This document shows positions 59,816 through 64,000 of a DNA stretch of 64,000 bases, piece after piece. The translations under genes were made by a program, and so were the position numbers. The notes below the pieces were generated by a model. The model ran no database searches. It saw nothing but the letters and a program-made list of their open reading frames with translations, and had not been told where the DNA came from. Location of the stretch: the sequence record SRR20825006_226; one strand, written 5' to 3'. The stretch's first letter is position 1. Each line of letters begins with the position of its first letter.

Positions 59816-60619
59816 ATGAAAAAAACTTATTGTGCGACGCTTTATGAAGGAACTTTTTCGGTAGGCCTCGACAAAATATTTAATCGAATTTCAAGAGACG
59901 ACAACCCTGCTAAAGGAGCTCTCAAGATTTCATTGAATCCTTTTTTGATAGTTACACCCGAAAGAAAATTCCTTTTCGATTGTGGTATTGGTGAGTTTGG
60001 AGAAGATACAGGTCCTCAAGTTATTAGAGAACATTTAGAAGCCCACGATTTATCGGAGTTTGATATCACTGATATTGTTTGTAGCCACCTTCATTACGAC
60101 CATATTGGTGGACTAGCTAATAAAGAAAATGGTTATTGGGAACTCACTTTCCCTGATGCAAAAGTTTGGGTTTCTCGAAAAGGCTGGGATAAAGTAATTG
60201 GTAAAGAACTTTTTTACGATGAAGAGAAAACCGAATTCGTTCATTTCCTAAATGCGAAAGCAGATCTCCATTTTATGGATGAAGAAGCACAGCCTTACCC
60301 AGAGCTTCACGTTAGAAAGATCGGTGGCCATACAGAATTTCATCAAGTGTTACTTTTTGATAATGGAAAAGAAAAGTATATGCAAGCGGGAGATGTAATT
60401 GCAACAAAAGCCCAAGTGAATCGAAAATTCGCTGCTAAATACGACTTTGATCCAAAAACTAGCCAGAGACAAAGAGAAATTCTTGGAAAACTAGCTTTTG
60501 ATGAAGGATATACTATTTTGGGCTACCATGACGACTCAACACCAATTTTTAAGATTACTGGCGTTGACGAAAAAACTGGATACATTATTGAAAACCAAGA
60601 TTCCTATGTCCCTGCCTAA
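59816..60619 (+). CDS. Metallo-beta-lactamase fold hydrolase
   Basis: FDCG, SHLHYDHIGG, GGHT, AGD, YHD. Confidence 0.88.
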   Translation: MKKTYCATLYEGTFSVGLDKIFNRISRDDNPAKGALKISLNPFLIVTPERKFLFDCGIGEFGEDTGPQVIREHLEAHDLSEFDITDIVCSHLHYDHIGGLANKENGYWELTFPDAKVWVSRKGWDKVIGKELFYDEEKTEFVHFLNAKADLHFMDEEAQPYPELHVRKIGGHTEFHQVLLFDNGKEKYMQAGDVIATKAQVNRKFAAKYDFDPKTSQRQREILGKLAFDEGYTILGYHDDSTPIFKITGVDEKTGYIIENQDSYVPA

Positions 60620-61397
60620 TTCAATTCATGAAATAAAAGAATTTTTAGTAAAGAAAGGATTCTCAGATACCATTCAAGCTGCTGTGATTCTAGGCTCAGG
60701 TCTTGGCGATTTTGGGAATGAAATTTCAAACGCAATTACTATTCCATATTCCGAAATTCCAAACTTTCCTCAGTCTACAGTAACAGGACATTCTGGATCT
60801 CTGATTTTTGGAATGGTTGAAAATAAAACAACAGTAGCTTTTTCAGGACGATTTCATTTTTATGAAGGCCACCCTTTTGACCGAACAATTCTCCCTGTAC
60901 AATTGGCAAAAGCATTTAATGTAAAGAAGCTTATTATTTCTAACGCAGCAGGTGGAATTAATCTAGATTTTAGAGTCGGTGATTTAATGATCATCGAAGA
61001 CATCATTCGCCAAAATATGATGCTTTCTAATCCATCAGAACAAACCTGGACCTTAAACTTACACCCAATTGCCGACAAAGTTGAGGCCATTGCTAAGTCC
61101 ATTGATGTTGATACTAAACGTGGAGCTTATTTATACGTTAAAGGCCCTAATTATGAGACTAAAGCTGAAATTCACGCTTTCAGAAAACTAGGTGGCGATT
61201 CCGTTGGAATGAGTACTGCCCCAGAGTTAATTGAAGCTGCTAGACTAGGTGTGAAAGCTACCGCAATTTCACTAATAACCAACGCGGCTGCAGGTGTTAC
61301 TGACCAAAAGCTAGACCATGCCGAAGTAAAGGAAGCTGCCGAGATGAAAAAAGAAGAATTCGCCAAACTCGTAAAGGGCTTAATCAAAGAGCTTTAA
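60606..61397 (+). CDS. punA: Purine-nucleoside phosphorylase (trimeric type)
   Basis: ILGSGLG, STVTGHSG, GRFHFYEG, SNAAGG, GPNYETKAE, VGMSTAPE, ITNAAAG; ATG 60606 preferred over 60498. Confidence 0.92.
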   Translation: MSLPNSIHEIKEFLVKKGFSDTIQAAVILGSGLGDFGNEISNAITIPYSEIPNFPQSTVTGHSGSLIFGMVENKTTVAFSGRFHFYEGHPFDRTILPVQLAKAFNVKKLIISNAAGGINLDFRVGDLMIIEDIIRQNMMLSNPSEQTWTLNLHPIADKVEAIAKSIDVDTKRGAYLYVKGPNYETKAEIHAFRKLGGDSVGMSTAPELIEAARLGVKATAISLITNAAAGVTDQKLDHAEVKEAAEMKKEEFAKLVKGLIKEL

Positions 61398-61414
61398 TCC
61401 GATTTATTTAGAAT

Positions 61415-61445
61415 AAAAAAACCCACTCGTCAAAATGGGCTTTTT
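61415..61445. terminator. Weak/imperfect terminator between convergent genes
   Basis: A-run-CCCA-N10-TGGG-C-TTTTT. Confidence 0.35.
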
Positions 61446-61516
61446 GTGTCAAAACTGCTAAGCTCATACAACCTAGCAGAATTAAGGATCAGCATTTATG
61501 AGATTCTTTGAAATTC

Positions 61517-61858
61517 TTATAATCCGCTTTTATCTACTGTAATTAATTCTTTGGCTCGAAGAATTATTAACGCCTCAATAAGCCCCTGCTTAATGACATC
61601 AAATTCTGCTAATGTGAAACAGAATTGTGTTTCCTTAACTAGCGTTTTAATAACTATTCGCTTTTTATTATCTGGAAATAAGATCGAGTATCTAGCGAAA
61701 TCGATTTGTCTATATACTTCCACAAAATCAAAAAACTCATTTTTATTAAAACTCAGCAGAATATTATTAAACAGAAACCCAACATGCCCACAGCCATCAA
61801 ACTGTACTATTTGTAAGCTCTCTGCCTCTGAAAGAATGGTAGAATTTTCTGATTGCAT
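61517..61858 (-). CDS. Small hypothetical protein (DUF6686-like by recall)
   Basis: 113-aa ORF with FLFNNILLSF...EFFDF...FCFTLAEF pattern; palindrome directly upstream. Confidence 0.55.
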   Translation of the reverse strand: MQSENSTILSEAESLQIVQFDGCGHVGFLFNNILLSFNKNEFFDFVEVYRQIDFARYSILFPDNKKRIVIKTLVKETQFCFTLAEFDVIKQGLIEALIILRAKELITVDKSGL

Positions 61859-61861
61859 ATC

Positions 61862-61882
61862 TATTTAGAATTAATCTAAATA
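61862..61882. promoter_or_regulatory. 8-5-8 palindrome, candidate metal-responsive repressor site
   Basis: TATTTAGA-ATTAA-TCTAAATA, 3 nt from the ATG of the small gene. Confidence 0.55.
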
Positions 61883-61920
61883 AAAGACGCTATTGTGAAG
61901 ACTTTATGAAGAAAGGATAT

Positions 61921-64000
61921 TTATCTAGCTATAATTTGAAAATTATGCTCTAATCTGTTACCCAACTCGTCTACTAAAGTAAGTGTGTGTTTACCACCTT
62001 TGGGAGCAAGAGACATTTGATGGAAGCTTGTTGTCTCTCCAATGTAATTATCATCTAGATGCCAAAATATTCTGACGCCTACTTCTCGATGAGCTACCTC
62101 AAACACTGTTTTCCCTAGCTTTCCATCGAGCTCTATGGGCACATAAATAGTAGAGGCATAGAATGGATAAATAAGGCGCATTGGGGCAATTTGCTCTTCG
62201 GCACATGACGGATCAAGTGTAGGTAATGATTTGTACTCTGCGTGTTTTTTCTTGTAATACCATTCCTCAGCAGGCGGCAAAACAAACCAATTTTTTGGGG
62301 TAATTTGGGAAATTTCTGAACAACTACTGTTAACTCGTCGCATTTCTTTGTTCAGAAAAACTCTTTGATGGTAAGCACATATTGAGGTTTTCAGTCCTGT
62401 TTTCGGCACCGAAACCGTATCCACAAGCTCACAATATTCGCTTGCTCTGTGTCCACTTAAACGGCAAACACTAATTGTTTCCATTTCAAAAATAGGTTCA
62501 TTAAACCAAGTAGTTGATGGTAACACATCAAAAACATCGAACAATAATGGCCCTGCAGTTTTTATACCTGTTAAATTCGGTCGACCTTCTCCATCGGCAT
62601 TGCCAACCCAAACACCTACCACAAATTCAGGAGTAATGCCAATGGCCCATCCATCACGATATCCGAAGCTGGTACCTGTTTTCCAAGCTACCTTGCGGCT
62701 ACTTTCAAAACGCTTCCAGTACGCTTCATCTTCGGGGCGATTTACCTCTAGCATTGCTTGGAATGTAGCCCAAACGGCTCCTTCGTTTAGTGAAAATGAA
62801 TTTCCTCGTTCTTCGGGCTCATCCACTGATTGTTTAAAAATCACTTCCTTAAATTTACCTTTGTCTTTTGAGCGAGGGTCGTAATTATTCAACATTTCTG
62901 CCAATGAAGCATACGAGGAAGTGACATCCCAAAGTGTTCCCTCTGCTCCACCTAAAATCAACGATAAGCCATAATGCTCAGGTGGATTTGTGATAGTTTT
63001 TAACCCCAATTCATTCAGGTAATGGTGAAATTTAGGAACTCCAAATTCCTGTAACATATACACTGCTGGCACATTTAAGGAACGCGAAAGAGCTTCAGAT
63101 GCAGGAACCGCTCCATCGTAAGTTCGAGTATAATTCTTTGGAGAGTAATCTGAAAACCGAGAAGGAACATCCGGGACTAAAGTATTTGGCAAAATTTCTC
63201 CCTCATTCAATTTCAGCATATACAAAAATGGCTTTAAGATGCTTCCTGTACTTCGTGGAGCTTGAATTATATCCACACTATGTCCATTTCTGTTTCCTGA
63301 ACCTTCCGTATTTGCAACATAAGCAGCCACTTCTTCTGTTTTTACATTTAACACTAATACGGCTGCATTTTGAATGCCATTTGCACTTAGTTCCCTATGA
63401 TGCTGAGCAACAACTTTATTGATTTGCTCTTGTAGCTGCGCGTTAATTGTAGAGTGGATTTTCTTCCCCCTATTCCCATTCAGATATTGGTTTGCGACAA
63501 CGTGTTGTGCTTCAGAAGGCAACGGATGTGGTTTTTCGGGCAAAGCCTCCAACAAAGACAGTGTGTACGTTAGAGAGTCGATTTTAGTCTGTTCAAACAA
63601 TCGAGAGAGTAATCGATCCCTTTTGGCTTTTAGTGCATCTCTATTTCTTCCAGGATGGATAAGCGCCGGACTATTAGGAAGAACTGCCAGCGTTGCTGAT
63701 TCTGCCCAAGAAAGCTGATCGGGTTTCCTTCCGTAATAACGCCAAGAAGCTGTTTCTAAGCCCACAACATTTCCGCCAAAAGGTGCGTGAGCTGCATACA
63801 TGGCAAGAATCTCTTTTTTGGAGTAAGAAAGTTCAAGCCGAGTAGCCTGAACCATTTCTTTCAGCTTTTCCCAAACGGTACGTTTTGGGTTTTGTTTAGA
63901 AAGGCGAACAACCTGCATACTTAATGTACTAGCTCCACTTACCACTTCGCCAGCTTTGTAATTTTGAATAAGTGCTCTACCGATGGCAACTGGGTCTACA
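61921..64000 (-). CDS. pbpC: Penicillin-binding protein 1C, 5' end beyond window
   Basis: Frame open to the window edge (VDPVAIGRALIQN...SGASTLSMQV, GT51), APFGGNVVG, SxxK (SILK), SLN, KTGTS, C-terminal PBP1C domain. Confidence 0.93.
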   Translation of the reverse strand, partial: VDPVAIGRALIQNYKAGEVVSGASTLSMQVVRLSKQNPKRTVWEKLKEMVQATRLELSYSKKEILAMYAAHAPFGGNVVGLETASWRYYGRKPDQLSWAESATLAVLPNSPALIHPGRNRDALKAKRDRLLSRLFEQTKIDSLTYTLSLLEALPEKPHPLPSEAQHVVANQYLNGNRGKKIHSTINAQLQEQINKVVAQHHRELSANGIQNAAVLVLNVKTEEVAAYVANTEGSGNRNGHSVDIIQAPRSTGSILKPFLYMLKLNEGEILPNTLVPDVPSRFSDYSPKNYTRTYDGAVPASEALSRSLNVPAVYMLQEFGVPKFHHYLNELGLKTITNPPEHYGLSLILGGAEGTLWDVTSSYASLAEMLNNYDPRSKDKGKFKEVIFKQSVDEPEERGNSFSLNEGAVWATFQAMLEVNRPEDEAYWKRFESSRKVAWKTGTSFGYRDGWAIGITPEFVVGVWVGNADGEGRPNLTGIKTAGPLLFDVFDVLPSTTWFNEPIFEMETISVCRLSGHRASEYCELVDTVSVPKTGLKTSICAYHQRVFLNKEMRRVNSSCSEISQITPKNWFVLPPAEEWYYKKKHAEYKSLPTLDPSCAEEQIAPMRLIYPFYASTIYVPIELDGKLGKTVFEVAHREVGVRIFWHLDDNYIGETTSFHQMSLAPKGGKHTLTLVDELGNRLEHNFQIIAR

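Noticed and set aside
60498-60605. Long overlap extension of PNP into the MBL hydrolase gene
   Set aside because: ATG 60606 gives a normal PNP N-terminus with only a short overlap
4-63718. Numerous short (60-125 aa) antisense or alternate-frame ORFs in the track (e.g. 2514..2840, 27926..28297, 43614..43958, 58708..59064, 61551..61868)
   Set aside because: They lie within or opposite well-supported genes and show no recognisable motifs; treated as shadow ORFs
1-64000. CRISPR array, tRNA/rRNA, IS, integrase, prophage or defence system
   Set aside because: No regularly spaced repeats, cloverleaf or rRNA-like stretches, or corresponding protein motifs seen; intergenic gaps are short. A small structured RNA could still be missed without an Infernal/Rfam search

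Overview
AT-rich bacterial chromosome segment from the Bacteroidota/Balneolota (FCB) radiation, most consistent with a Balneolaceae-like organism (inferred from T9SS porU/porV/porD plus a canonical LexA and fixCX; not verified). Left 16.5 kb: the 5' part of a surface-polysaccharide locus. A minus-strand run (metallophosphoesterase, mini-Wza-like protein, wHTH regulator, rmlB, rmlA, wzx, VioA-like aminotransferase) continues into an unusual seven-gene organic-acid cassette (C-C lyase, MmgE/PrpD, orphan TIM-barrel, D-2-hydroxyacid dehydrogenase, ATP-grasp, hexapeptide acyltransferase, fumarase/aspartase-superfamily lyase) that runs off the left edge; wzc is divergent. This cassette is my best candidate for an undescribed pathway, probably making and attaching an unusual N-substituent to a dTDP-amino sugar. 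The rest is mostly core genome: HhH/barrel genes and porD, etfBA-fixCX with acyl-CoA dehydrogenases, lexA (with two 11-bp-period direct-repeat boxes), rplU-rpmA, TPR lipoproteins, thiolase, a porU-porV operon extended by a catalytically dead M6-like T9SS cargo and a gluzincin-propeller-Omp85-like fusion, rpe, phoH (apparently with a non-canonical start), MBL hydrolase, PNP and a partial pbpC. No rRNA, tRNA, CRISPR array or mobile element was seen. All functional calls come from motif recognition by eye; no searches were run.
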